DNA from: a virus
Lineage: Duplodnaviria > Caudoviricetes
Virus record (IMG/VR): IMGVR_UViG_3300031867_000049
Location: 274 to 64,273 of that record
DNA length: 64,000 nt
Strand: one strand, 5' to 3'
The notes below the pieces were generated by a model, which saw only the letters and a program-made list of their open reading frames with translations, did not search any database and was not told the origin of the DNA. Shown here in pieces: positions 39,927 to 48,096 of the stretch. The position numbers and the translations under genes are program-made. Position 1 is the first letter of the stretch, and every line of letters begins with the position of its first letter.

Positions 39927-40136
39927 ATGAATAACAACATTAAGAATTATGTGTTACTTTACCTTATGCTTATGAAGGCACATGCAGAACTAGTAGTAGA
40001 TATAGTTAAAAATAGTTACGGCAAGACTAAATTGCTGAACCTATTATTAGCTATACCATTTCTGGTTCACTCAGTATTCTATAACATTTGGTGGATAATA
40101 AAATTCGGAAAAAAGTATAAGCCAATCTTTGATTAA
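39927..40136 (+). CDS. Small membrane protein
   Basis: RBS GAGGAGG; hydrophobic segments. Confidence 0.7.
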   Translation: MNNNIKNYVLLYLMLMKAHAELVVDIVKNSYGKTKLLNLLLAIPFLVHSVFYNIWWIIKFGKKYKPIFD

Positions 40137-40145
40137 ATGTATTGC

Positions 40146-40175
40146 ATAAAGGTCGAACAACGGCCTTTATTTTTT
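40146..40175 (+). terminator. Cassette terminator
   Basis: ATAAAGGTCG-aacaa-CGGCCTTTAT + T-tract. Confidence 0.75.
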
Positions 40176-40201
40176 CGCAAATATTACAGCCCATATAATG
40201 A
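40174..40201 (+). promoter_or_regulatory. Phage promoter motif copy 13
   Basis: TTCGCA-aatatt-ACA-gcccata-TAAT|GA. Confidence 0.8.
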
Positions 40202-40232
40202 AAAATACCGGAGATCATGAAAGGAGAAAATC

Positions 40233-40544
40233 ATGGGTATTGTTAATAAAATAAGGGCGATTAGAAAAGGAACAGAGAAAGTTAAAGATTTTGATAACGC
40301 AAAGACAGAAAAACACAATGTTCATTATTCGAGATATATAGCATCTTGGATTAATGCTGGTGGAGATTTGTCAACGTTAGACGGATGGTACAGCTTTGCA
40401 TTTTGGCTGGATACACTTGGACTGACGGCTGATGAAATCTATCACATTAGAGTGATGGCTACAAACGGAAAACTTGAACTTGAAAATTCTGCAAAAGAAT
40501 TTATCAAAAGAGCAAACGAGATTTCTCTCGGACTTAAGGGCTAA
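40233..40544 (+). CDS. Early cassette protein, hypothetical
   Basis: RBS AAAGGAG + ORF. Confidence 0.8.
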   Translation: MGIVNKIRAIRKGTEKVKDFDNAKTEKHNVHYSRYIASWINAGGDLSTLDGWYSFAFWLDTLGLTADEIYHIRVMATNGKLELENSAKEFIKRANEISLGLKG

Positions 40545-40562
40545 TCAGCCCTTTTATTTTTT
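40536..40562 (+). terminator. Cassette terminator
   Basis: AAGGGCT-aatc-AGCCCTT + T-tract. Confidence 0.75.
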
Positions 40563-40588
40563 CGCATTTTTTACATCTACTATAATGG
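40561..40588 (+). promoter_or_regulatory. Phage promoter motif copy 14
   Basis: TTCGCA-tttttt-ACA-tctacta-TAAT|GG. Confidence 0.8.
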
Positions 40589-40621
40589 AACGTAGTGCTA
40601 AGAAGTGAAAGGAGTACGGAA

Positions 40622-40774
40622 ATGAAAAAAGCACTCATAATTACAACACTGGCTTATGAAGTAGCGTATATAGTAGTAGCTATATATGCACTGAAGAATC
40701 CGGAGAAGTATGGTGAATGGAATGCTAAATTTATTGGCAGTATGACAAGCACACTTGAGAAACTAGGTTTATAA
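40622..40774 (+). CDS. 50-aa membrane microprotein
   Basis: Hand-translated MKKALIITTLAYEVAYIVVAIYALK...; RBS AAAGGAG. Confidence 0.65.
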   Translation: MKKALIITTLAYEVAYIVVAIYALKNPEKYGEWNAKFIGSMTSTLEKLGL

Positions 40775-40789
40775 AGGAGGAAGAATCAA

Positions 40790-40903
40790 ATGATGACAGT
40801 ATGGAATGTAATTAAAGGTATATGCACGATTACTGGAGCATACGTTTGGATCAAAGCAATCAAAGAAACGATTGAAGAATACAACGAAGCTCCAGAGAAG
40901 TAA
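40790..40903 (+). CDS. 37-aa microprotein
   Basis: Hand-translated MMTVWNVIKGICTITGAYVWIKAIKE...; RBS AAGGAGG. Confidence 0.6.
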   Translation: MMTVWNVIKGICTITGAYVWIKAIKETIEEYNEAPEK

Positions 40904-40923
40904 ATATAGCTAAAGCAAGCCAT

Positions 40924-40950
40924 AGGGGAGCCATTTGGTTCCTCTTTTTT
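40924..40950 (+). terminator. Cassette terminator
   Basis: AGGGGAGCC-attt-GGTTCCTCT + T5. Confidence 0.75.
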
Positions 40951-40963
40951 CTCTGAACATATG

Positions 40964-40991
40964 TTCGCAAAATTTACATCTTCTTTAATGA
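40964..40991 (+). promoter_or_regulatory. Phage promoter motif copy 15
   Basis: TTCGCA-aaattt-ACA-tcttctt-TAAT|GA. Confidence 0.8.
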
Positions 40992-41016
40992 GAAATCAGA
41001 AAAGGAGGATGGACTG

Positions 41017-41184
41017 ATGATATCGTTTGAATTAATATTATACGTTATAGTTTATGGATTTGAATTCTTCATACTCGCACTGATGGGTATAGGATTATTC
41101 GGATTTATATGCGGTAAGTTTAATAATGAGACGTTACAGGCGGTTCACGACTACATATTCGTGATTGACGACGAGGAGCTTTAA
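41017..41184 (+). CDS. 55-aa membrane microprotein
   Basis: Hand-translated MISFELILYVIVYGFEFFILALMGIGLFGFICG...; RBS AAGGAGG. Confidence 0.65.
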   Translation: MISFELILYVIVYGFEFFILALMGIGLFGFICGKFNNETLQAVHDYIFVIDDEEL

Positions 41185-41198
41185 GGCTCCTTTTTTTT
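41174..41198 (+). terminator. Terminator with no promoter after it
   Basis: AGGAGC-tttaag-GCTCCT + T7. Confidence 0.75.
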
Positions 41199-41212
41199 CT
41201 AAGGAGGAAGAA

Positions 41213-41443
41213 ATGGGAAACGATCTTAATAATAGGCCATATGAACAGCCACGCTTAATGCATGTCTATTTAACATCGGGAAGACCGGAACTTATATTTG
41301 GATACCCATCGGCAATAGCCCAAATGATGCGGGTGATGTATGGCTATGATAGTTTAAAGGCTGTAAGGGTTTTGAAATTATGGAAGCCGACAGAGGTAAC
41401 GCGATATGAAGCGCAGTCATCATGGTCATCTACGCTAGGATAA
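41213..41443 (+). CDS. Hypothetical protein
   Basis: RBS AAGGAGG; start refined. Confidence 0.6.
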   Translation: MGNDLNNRPYEQPRLMHVYLTSGRPELIFGYPSAIAQMMRVMYGYDSLKAVRVLKLWKPTEVTRYEAQSSWSSTLG

Positions 41444-41458
41444 AAAAGGTGAAGAATT

Positions 41459-41782
41459 ATGAAGCAACTTTTATATGTGTATAGCTGGGACCCGACCAGA
41501 AGAAAGATACATGAGTACACAGGTTATTATTACCCAGCTTGGCCTGCGCCACTTCTTACACGACTGCCAGATGCGCATGATACGTGGTTCAGAAAGATAC
41601 CAGAACATTGCGGCGAGTTCTATGGAAATGCAGTATGGTTTTTGGAACCTAATCCTAAAAAGGCGCAACTTATATTTATTGAAGCTGAGCTTAAGAAGAT
41701 AGACGCATGCAAAGAAATTATAAGAAAAGGAGAAGAAAACATACGATATTTGTCGTCATATACATATGAAGAAGAATATTAG
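41459..41782 (+). CDS. Hypothetical protein
   Basis: Tiles in operon. Confidence 0.65.
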   Translation: MKQLLYVYSWDPTRRKIHEYTGYYYPAWPAPLLTRLPDAHDTWFRKIPEHCGEFYGNAVWFLEPNPKKAQLIFIEAELKKIDACKEIIRKGEENIRYLSSYTYEEEY

Positions 41783-41792
41783 AATCCTTATT

Positions 41793-41820
41793 CTCGCAGT
41801 ATTTACAACCTATGTTATAG
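41793..41820 (+). promoter_or_regulatory. Phage promoter motif copy 16
   Basis: CTCGCA-gtattt-ACA-acctatg-TTAT|AG. Confidence 0.8.
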
Positions 41821-41837
41821 CAAAGGAGGTAAATGCT

Positions 41838-42122
41838 ATGAAGATTTTTGACAACTCAGAAAGATGGTACCTAATTAGAATGACACAGGAAGGTGCATTG
41901 AAATGGACGTCAATTCTGAATCAGAGATATGCTAATGGGCATTTTGCGCTTGTAACAACGCAGGAGACCTATTCGGACAATGTTGAAGAGATCAGGAAAA
42001 GAGATGTGATATTTCACTTGTACACCACGCCTAGAGACATGAAGGCATTAGAAGTACTACTGAAAGATTTTATAGTCAAATATGGAGAATTGGCAAAACC
42101 AGTAAAGGCAGAGGTTAGATGA
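41838..42122 (+). CDS. Early cassette protein, hypothetical
   Basis: RBS AAGGAGGT; start refined. Confidence 0.75.
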   Translation: MKIFDNSERWYLIRMTQEGALKWTSILNQRYANGHFALVTTQETYSDNVEEIRKRDVIFHLYTTPRDMKALEVLLKDFIVKYGELAKPVKAEVR

Positions 42123-42131
42123 TAACCGATA

Positions 42132-42165
42132 AGAAGGTCAGCGAAAGTTGGCCTTTTATTTTTTT
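42132..42165 (+). terminator. GAAA-tetraloop terminator with no promoter after it
   Basis: AAGGTCAGC-gaaa-GTTGGCCTT + T-tract. Confidence 0.8.
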
Positions 42166-42188
42166 AACTTTTGAAAGGAGCAACTAAA

Positions 42189-42446
42189 ATGGCAAACTAC
42201 ACACCGAGACAGAAGAGCGAGATCGAGTACCTTATCAATAAGGGGAAGGCAGTCTATAAAAGACTCACAAATAAAAAGAATATGGCTGAATCAGAAAAGC
42301 TTAATGATGAGCTCAACCAGATCAAGATGCAGCTTAATGAAGCTCTTAATGCAGAGGCTATGTATAGAGCGCATCTTAGAGCAGCCGAAGAGCATATCAG
42401 AGCAGCTGAAGCGCTTAGAGATAAATGGGTGAAAGGAGAAATGTAA
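42189..42446 (+). CDS. Coiled-coil hypothetical protein
   Basis: RBS AAAGGAG; start refined. Confidence 0.7.
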   Translation: MANYTPRQKSEIEYLINKGKAVYKRLTNKKNMAESEKLNDELNQIKMQLNEALNAEAMYRAHLRAAEEHIRAAEALRDKWVKGEM

Positions 42447-42613
42447 TGGATTATATTTTTAAGGAAGTCTATTTCGACAATTTTTGTGCAAAATGCGTGC
42501 ATAAGGAAAAAGAAGAATGGGAAGAGCCATGTGATGAATGTCTGGAAAATCCCGTAAATGAATATTCTCACACACCTGTAAAATTTGTTTTGAAAGAAGG
42601 AAAAGATGATTAA
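42446..42613 (+). CDS. Small Cys-rich (Zn-binding) protein
   Basis: CAKCVH...CDEC. Confidence 0.65.
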   Translation: MDYIFKEVYFDNFCAKCVHKEKEEWEEPCDECLENPVNEYSHTPVKFVLKEGKDD

Positions 42614-42875
42614 GTATTTTGAGATCATACCGTACGAGCCGGGATTCAAAGATCCATTTCATGAAATAGCAAGAAGGACGCATATGTCAGATAACGAACT
42701 TGCTAAAGCTATGGGCTTTAAAGACGAGAACGACCGCTTTTCAAATCTTATATTTGAGGATATGAGCGATCCGGCATACATCCGTAGAATGAATAAGTTT
42801 TTAAAGGAGAAAAATCTCCCGCTTAGAATTTCTCAGACAATGCTGAAAAGGAGATACTATGACAAAGCTAACTAA
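42606..42875 (+). CDS. Hypothetical protein, possible HTH
   Basis: MSDNELAKAMGF segment. Confidence 0.6.
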   Translation: MIKYFEIIPYEPGFKDPFHEIARRTHMSDNELAKAMGFKDENDRFSNLIFEDMSDPAYIRRMNKFLKEKNLPLRISQTMLKRRYYDKAN

Positions 42876-43215
42876 GAATGGTGATATTTTGTTCCGGGAG
42901 TCATTTTGCGGCACATTCTTTAAATCCAGTCCTTTAGCGGTTCTGGAGGCCGAATATGAGTTCAATAGAAAATATGCGCTGGGCGAAGGAGATGAAAGCC
43001 TGGCGCTTTTTTATTCTCTATTAGACTTAGAGCCTCCAAAACAGTCTAAAGATGTTGGCTGGTGCTATGACTACATGTCCGCAGAGTGGGAAACTATGTG
43101 GATTGATTTTATCCATAGGCCAATGATGACAAAAGAAGGACAACCATACACAGAAATTTATTATCCAATCCCGCCGGTAAGTTTGTATTACGAGGTGGAC
43201 AATCCGTTTATGTAA
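42859..43215 (+). CDS. Stand-alone copy of the C-terminal domain of the DUF6353-like paralogues
   Basis: EAEYEFNR...SL..FY.LL.L....VGW pattern shared with 48132, 49260 and 52243 ORFs. Confidence 0.6.
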   Translation: MTKLTKNGDILFRESFCGTFFKSSPLAVLEAEYEFNRKYALGEGDESLALFYSLLDLEPPKQSKDVGWCYDYMSAEWETMWIDFIHRPMMTKEGQPYTEIYYPIPPVSLYYEVDNPFM

Positions 43216-43227
43216 AGGAGAGAAAAG

Positions 43228-43578
43228 ATGGTTCTACGTGCTGAACAGACATTCGACAAGGTGTATCTCGATAGAGAACATCCTTCAGATTTTATAGATT
43301 ATATTTCCCATGCCGTTGAAAGAGAATTGGTTAGTAAGTTTATAGATCAACTCGAAGATCACAAGCTTCATGTTGTTGTTCTGAAAGAGCCTGAGTTTAT
43401 AGAAGATGCACCAGGATCATGGTGGAATCAGAGCGCTTATAGACAGAGTCTGGAATATATTGAGGTTGTTCAATGTAAAAACTGTAGAATGCATTTTCCA
43501 TGGTGCCATAAATTTAGAGAGGAACTAGGAGGAAATGGATTCTGTCCGTATGGAAAGGAGATAGAAGATGGAAGATAA
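43228..43578 (+). CDS. Hypothetical protein with C-terminal Cys cluster
   Basis: CKNC..C...FC. Confidence 0.65.
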   Translation: MVLRAEQTFDKVYLDREHPSDFIDYISHAVERELVSKFIDQLEDHKLHVVVLKEPEFIEDAPGSWWNQSAYRQSLEYIEVVQCKNCRMHFPWCHKFREELGGNGFCPYGKEIEDGR

Positions 43579-43828
43579 AGCAATAGCAATTGTCCGTAAT
43601 TACATACTTAATCATCTGGATAAATCGGATGATATTCCTGCGTTTGATGTATACACAGTATGGAAATGCAAGGCTTTGCAAAACTGGAAGTTCCTCATAT
43701 CCAGCACACTCCTGGATGGAATGTACTATGAGGTGACGTTCAACGGGGATAAGCAGGAGTGGTATCTTGATGCTTATAAGAAGTTTGAGAATAAGGTTAT
43801 TGCTGATTGGAAATATATGAAGCGATGA
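43568..43828 (+). CDS. DUF6275-like phage protein
   Basis: VYTVWKCKALQNWK.L.S....DGMYYEVTFNGDKQEWYLDAYKK recognised. Confidence 0.7.
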   Translation: MEDKAIAIVRNYILNHLDKSDDIPAFDVYTVWKCKALQNWKFLISSTLLDGMYYEVTFNGDKQEWYLDAYKKFENKVIADWKYMKR

Positions 43829-43844
43829 TAGAAAGGAGCAATAA

Positions 43845-44135
43845 ATGATTATAAACATACCACTAAACATAGATGATGAACTCTGGGCAAGTGCATTGGC
43901 CAGAGATTATGAATCGAAAGTAACTGAACGACTGACGGCCGAAGTTCGAAAGGCTATCTGCGATCATGATGTGTACAAGGATCAAAGACGTGGAATGCAG
44001 ACATGGGTTGGCGATAAGATCGATAATATTTTGAAGGAGTATAAAGATGAAATTATTGACGCCGCAGCAGAGAAGCTGGCTGAGAGACTTGCACGAACAA
44101 AGAGAGGAAAGGAGATACTCAATGAGACTTTATGA
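43845..44135 (+). CDS. Hypothetical protein
   Basis: RBS AAAGGAG. Confidence 0.7.
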   Translation: MIINIPLNIDDELWASALARDYESKVTERLTAEVRKAICDHDVYKDQRRGMQTWVGDKIDNILKEYKDEIIDAAAEKLAERLARTKRGKEILNETL

Positions 44136-44691
44136 TTTTGATGAATGTGTTCTTCTGGATAACAAAGGGAAAAATACAGTTAAGGTAGAGCCTACAGAAA
44201 TATCTATAGGATATGACATGTGTTCCGCTACAGAGATTGAAATACGGGGAATAGTACGAGATGACGATTGGAGACCTAATAATTTTCATTTCGAACCAGC
44301 GCGTAGAAAAGGTAGAAAAGTCGATTATAGCAAACTGTATTTGTCTATATTTGGGGATATGCCGAAAATCAAGGACGTTATATTTAATGACCCAGCGACT
44401 ATAGTATTCTGGGCCGACAGAACCAAAACTGTAGTACAGTGTCAGGACGGTGATATTTTCGATCCTGAGAAAGGTCTCGCTATGGCGATTTCTAAAAAAG
44501 CTCTAGGAAATAAGGGCAATTATAGCAACGAGCTTAAAAAGTGGCTGCCGAAAGATAAAGATGTGACATTGGAATACACACTGAATACGTCAGTGACATC
44601 AACATCGATAAACGATATGGGACAGAGCATAGTCGACGCAGTCAACAAGATGATGAATCAGCTTGAAAGAGGGCCAGTAAATGAACGATGA
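44122..44691 (+). CDS. Conserved phage protein
   Basis: IKDVIFNDPATIVFWAD.TKTVV...FDPEKGLAMAI motif; start refined. Confidence 0.7.
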   Translation: MRLYDFDECVLLDNKGKNTVKVEPTEISIGYDMCSATEIEIRGIVRDDDWRPNNFHFEPARRKGRKVDYSKLYLSIFGDMPKIKDVIFNDPATIVFWADRTKTVVQCQDGDIFDPEKGLAMAISKKALGNKGNYSNELKKWLPKDKDVTLEYTLNTSVTSTSINDMGQSIVDAVNKMMNQLERGPVNER

Positions 44692-44885
44692 GTAACGCAA
44701 ACAAAATAATAGAACATTGCCGTAAAACAGCAGGGTTAAGTGCAAAAGAGCTATCAGATAAAACAGGTATAGCATATACCACAATTCGCAAATATGAACG
44801 AGGATTAATTGACCCTACGTACGGAAAAATGGAGCAAATACTTAAAGCATGCGGATGCAAACTATATGTAAAAAGGAGCGAATGA
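44688..44885 (+). CDS. XRE/Cro-type HTH transcriptional regulator
   Basis: CRKTAGLSAKELSDKTGIAYTTIRKYERG..DP. Confidence 0.85.
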   Translation: MSNANKIIEHCRKTAGLSAKELSDKTGIAYTTIRKYERGLIDPTYGKMEQILKACGCKLYVKRSE

Positions 44886-45022
44886 TGTCACGTTATATTT
44901 TCGATCTAAAGAAATGCCCTAAGTGCGGAAGATTCATGATGGATGATTCCATGCGCATTCAGGGTGGATGGAAGATAAGATGGTACTGCTTATGCGGATA
45001 CCAAGTGGAGGAAGAGAAATAA
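44882..45022 (+). CDS. 46-aa Zn-ribbon microprotein
   Basis: Hand-translated: KKCPKCG...WYCLCGY. Confidence 0.6.
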   Translation: MMSRYIFDLKKCPKCGRFMMDDSMRIQGGWKIRWYCLCGYQVEEEK

Positions 45023-45231
45023 TGTTCATTATTAAAATAGTGGTGACCTTCTTTCTTATTCTTTGTTTCTATTGGGGCGCAATTGAACTTCTTTGGGAAG
45101 AAGATAAGATTAGCGACGAATGGCATGACTTTATTCAAGCAATAGGAACTTCATGCATGGCTTTGTTCTTTATTGGAGGAATAGTAGCAGTTGGGCTCAT
45201 GCTTATTTGGTGCCTATGGAAAGGAGTTTGA
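45022..45231 (+). CDS. Two-TM membrane protein
   Basis: Hydrophobic segments; start refined. Confidence 0.65.
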   Translation: MFIIKIVVTFFLILCFYWGAIELLWEEDKISDEWHDFIQAIGTSCMALFFIGGIVAVGLMLIWCLWKGV

Positions 45232-45245
45232 GTAGGTGATTATAT

Positions 45246-45485
45246 ATGATCGATATTTCAAGAATAGATAAAGTAAAGAGAGTTATAAAAGACAGATATA
45301 ACGATGCAGATTGTGGTCTATTCTTTACTCCGAATTGGGCTGGTGATCCAATGTCAACGATTTGGGAAGAAGACGGAGTGACTATAGATATATGCTATAA
45401 CTATCAGTATTTTGAGGTCTTTGGGCTTACAGAGAAAGAAGAAAATGAACTTTTAGCATTCTATAACTCTCTGATTGTGAGGTGA
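45246..45485 (+). CDS. Hypothetical protein
   Basis: RBS AGGTGA; tiles. Confidence 0.65.
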   Translation: MIDISRIDKVKRVIKDRYNDADCGLFFTPNWAGDPMSTIWEEDGVTIDICYNYQYFEVFGLTEKEENELLAFYNSLIVR

Positions 45486-45491
45486 TTATGT

Positions 45492-46157
45492 ATGATACCA
45501 GAAACATATTACAAACTGTACCCATATAATTTGGCAAAACACATGTTTGACGACATAGTAACTTTAGAAATGATTCTTCCAGGAAAGCTCATTGAAGAAG
45601 TTGAGATCTCGCTTACGGAACGTGAATCCAAGTGTATCAAGCTTCGATATTCTGAAGGGATGACTCTCGATCAGATAGCCGCCGAGTTCAAAGTAACCAG
45701 GGAGAGAATTCGTCAGATCATAGCAAAAGCGGAGCGAAAACTTAAGAGTGTTGCACGCACAAGCCGATATTTTGCAACAACCGCCGAATCATTGAAGAAA
45801 GCTCAACTTGAGATCATCGAGCTAAAGCAGTATATCAAAGCCAATGAGAATATTGATCCAACGCTTGAGTTAGCCTGGGCAGCAACCCCAATAGATGAGC
45901 TTGAGTTATCCGTTAGATCTTATAACTGCCTGAAACGTGCTGGATTTAACGTACTTGGTAAGTTTAAGGGCGTAAAGATACGTGACATAGCAAGAATAAG
46001 AAATCTCGGACCTAGGAGCTTTAGTGAAATAATGGGTAAGCTTTCTGATGTTGGTTTTATGGCTTCGAACGGAACTGATATTTATCCGATTAATGATTGG
46101 ATTGATTACTTCAGCGATGACACTCTTGTATGGATTGTAGATAAGGAAAATGAGTGA
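45492..46157 (+). CDS. Sigma70 region-4 HTH fused to RNA polymerase alpha-CTD-like domain
   Basis: LTERE..CIKLRY..GMTLDQIAAEFKVTRERIRQI; TPIDELELSVRSYNCLKRAG...RNLGPRSFSEI. Confidence 0.85.
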   Translation: MIPETYYKLYPYNLAKHMFDDIVTLEMILPGKLIEEVEISLTERESKCIKLRYSEGMTLDQIAAEFKVTRERIRQIIAKAERKLKSVARTSRYFATTAESLKKAQLEIIELKQYIKANENIDPTLELAWAATPIDELELSVRSYNCLKRAGFNVLGKFKGVKIRDIARIRNLGPRSFSEIMGKLSDVGFMASNGTDIYPINDWIDYFSDDTLVWIVDKENE

Positions 46158-46872
46158 GGTGATGTTTATGTACAACATGGTTAATACTGATGTAATTTGC
46201 CCTAACTGCGGAGAAGGTTTTATGGTCCGCGAAGAGCCAAAAGTTATAAAATCCAACACAGAGAGATATGCATATTTATGCCCAATTTGTGGATTTGTAC
46301 ATACGGCCAGATCTGACGAAGATATGAAGGAATGGATCAATAGTCTTGATAAACCAGTCTGTTATACTGAAGCACCTCAGAAATGTTTGAACGAACATTG
46401 TGAGCATGCTGAGGTATTCAAAGATAAACTTATGTGTACACGTCATAATAAATGGTTCGATTTAACACCGGTTGAGAAAGGAGAAACAGATTACCATGCC
46501 AAACAAGACTACGGAAAAGCCAAGCTGTCTCTCGTACCTAGACGAATCATCTGGGATGTGGCAGCCATTAGGGAATATGGAAACAATAAATACCCTGACG
46601 GAGGACCTGATAACTGGAGAGGAGTCGAACCAGAACGATATAGAGATGCGGCTTACAGACACTTTCTCAGGTACCTTGACGATCCAAAATCCGTTGACTC
46701 TGAGTCAGGTTTACCACATCTTTGGCATCTGGCCTGCAACATTGCTTTTCTTTGCGAGATGGAAGACAGGTATCTCAGCAAAGATCCGGAAGTGGCGGAG
46801 AGACTAAAGAAAGAATTTCGAGGCTATCAGCCACCAAGCGAGGAAGGAGAAGAGGGATTAAGCAATGAATGA
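46150..46872 (+). CDS. Zn-ribbon + dATP/dGTP diphosphohydrolase (DUF5664-like)
   Basis: CPNC/CPIC; KQDYGKAKLSLVP...YG..KY...NW...RH...DSESGLPHLWHLACN. Confidence 0.8.
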   Translation: MSEVMFMYNMVNTDVICPNCGEGFMVREEPKVIKSNTERYAYLCPICGFVHTARSDEDMKEWINSLDKPVCYTEAPQKCLNEHCEHAEVFKDKLMCTRHNKWFDLTPVEKGETDYHAKQDYGKAKLSLVPRRIIWDVAAIREYGNNKYPDGGPDNWRGVEPERYRDAAYRHFLRYLDDPKSVDSESGLPHLWHLACNIAFLCEMEDRYLSKDPEVAERLKKEFRGYQPPSEEGEEGLSNE

Positions 46873-47089
46873 TATTTTCAAATGGGTTGCGGACCATCCG
46901 GACGTTGAGCTAATGATGGCAATGCATCGTGAATCTTTTATTGTCCAGCTAACGCATGTGGACAGCCGATATAGGCTCAAGCATGCGTTTTATGTTGAGC
47001 AGATGGAGCCTTATATTTTGGATGTTCTTTACGATGAGCTTATGCGCCGTATAGGACAAGTAGTGTTTATGGAGGAAAGTGATGATTAA
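46865..47089 (+). CDS. Hypothetical protein
   Basis: Tiles. Confidence 0.6.
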   Translation: MNDIFKWVADHPDVELMMAMHRESFIVQLTHVDSRYRLKHAFYVEQMEPYILDVLYDELMRRIGQVVFMEESDD

Positions 47090-47345
47090 GATAGCATATC
47101 TTTGTGACCAATGCAGACGATGCTCAGGATATAAAAGTTGCGGTAATGAATGCACACATACATTTGATGAATTCCATACTCTCAACGGAATAATCCATAA
47201 CGTAGATGAACTTGAAACTGAGAGATTCAGAAAAGTATGCAGTGTGAATGAAGACACATATTATGAGGAGGTAGACGGATGGTCAAATACTATTGCGACA
47301 GATGTGGAAAAGAAAGAAAACAACACGAGCAGCTCTTCACAGTGA
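47079..47345 (+). CDS. Cys-rich hypothetical protein
   Basis: CDQC..C...C..ECTHT. Confidence 0.6.
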   Translation: MMIKIAYLCDQCRRCSGYKSCGNECTHTFDEFHTLNGIIHNVDELETERFRKVCSVNEDTYYEEVDGWSNTIATDVEKKENNTSSSSQ

Positions 47346-47473
47346 CGATCACGCCGCCGGAAGTATGGGCCTATAGCGATCCTATGGCTGAATACTATGA
47401 AGGAGATCTACACTTCTGCACAAAATGTATGCAGGAAATAACAAATTTTATAAATGCGGAGGAAACAGAATGA
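47279..47473 (+). CDS. Zn-finger protein
   Basis: YYCDRCGKE...HFCTKC; RBS GAGGAGGT. Confidence 0.7.
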   Translation: MVKYYCDRCGKERKQHEQLFTVTITPPEVWAYSDPMAEYYEGDLHFCTKCMQEITNFINAEETE

Positions 47474-47748
47474 AAATTATACCACACGTTAAGCTGTTCA
47501 CTTCTACAAAAGCTACACTGTTAGAAGATAGAATTGAGCAGGAAATGAAAAAGCTTCAGGATGAGGATTATATTATCGACTGCGTCACAAGCAACATATC
47601 ATTCGCTGGAAAAGAAGGCTATATGATACTTGCGCAAATGGATTATCACGAGGAGGTTATGGATGACGACATTCAGATTGGTTTTGATATTGGCTCTGAT
47701 ACTGGCATGCATTTTGATTGCCCTTCTACTTCGGTTCCTGAGGCCTAA
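47470..47748 (+). CDS. Hypothetical protein
   Basis: Tiles; start refined. Confidence 0.5.
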   Translation: MKIIPHVKLFTSTKATLLEDRIEQEMKKLQDEDYIIDCVTSNISFAGKEGYMILAQMDYHEEVMDDDIQIGFDIGSDTGMHFDCPSTSVPEA

Positions 47749-47905
47749 CGGATTACTGCATATCGACGAGTATTTGGATAAAGATTTCTACAGAATGTTA
47801 TATTTTACCCCGATTGAAGACATCAAGAAATACCGCTGGGTGGTTCTTAAGGTCGAGAGGCAAAGCTGGGGTACCAATTCAAATGACTATGAGGAGGATT
47901 ATTGA
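47663..47905 (+). CDS. Membrane protein (N-terminal TM)
   Basis: RBS GAGGAGGT; LVLILALILACILIALLL. Confidence 0.6.
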   Translation: MTTFRLVLILALILACILIALLLRFLRPNGLLHIDEYLDKDFYRMLYFTPIEDIKKYRWVVLKVERQSWGTNSNDYEEDY

Positions 47906-48000
47906 TGAAAATACTTGGAGGGTTTATCACAATATGGCTCACAGTATTCACAGTGGCTTCTGCAGTATTAGCAGCCATGAAGATATTCGGTGTGATCTAG
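47905..48000 (+). CDS. 31-aa membrane microprotein
   Basis: Hand-translated MKILGGFITIWLTVFTVASAVLAAMKIFGVI; RBS GAGGAGG. Confidence 0.55.
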   Translation: MKILGGFITIWLTVFTVASAVLAAMKIFGVI

Positions 48001-48028
48001 TTCGCAAAAATTACAGACCATATAATAG
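48001..48028 (+). promoter_or_regulatory. Phage promoter motif copy 17
   Basis: TTCGCA-aaaatt-ACA-gaccata-TAAT|AG; +1 is first base of tRNA-like element. Confidence 0.8.
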
Positions 48029-48096
48029 AGAAGTAGCTTAATGGTAAAGCATCTGGTGAAAGCCAGTTGATAGAGGTTCGATTCCTCTCTTCTTTT
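48027..48096 (+). tRNA. Atypical tRNA-Phe(GAA)-like element, 6-nt anticodon loop, no CCA
   Basis: Acceptor AGAGAAG/CTTCTTT; D-arm GCTT-aatggta-AAGC; T-arm AGAGG-TTCGATT-CCTCT; anticodon arm CTGG-tgaaag-CCAG. Confidence 0.6.

Noticed and set aside
35564-42165. CRISPR array
   Set aside because: Repeats are degenerate and separated by 200-700-bp ORFs; no cas operon (the 60289 nuclease is a common stand-alone phage exonuclease)
33888-42165. Classical integron (IntI + attC)
   Set aside because: The integrase has an N-terminal arm-binding domain and an xis partner like a prophage integrase; I saw no attC R''/R' (RYYYAAC/GTTRRRY) palindromes, and each cassette has its own promoter
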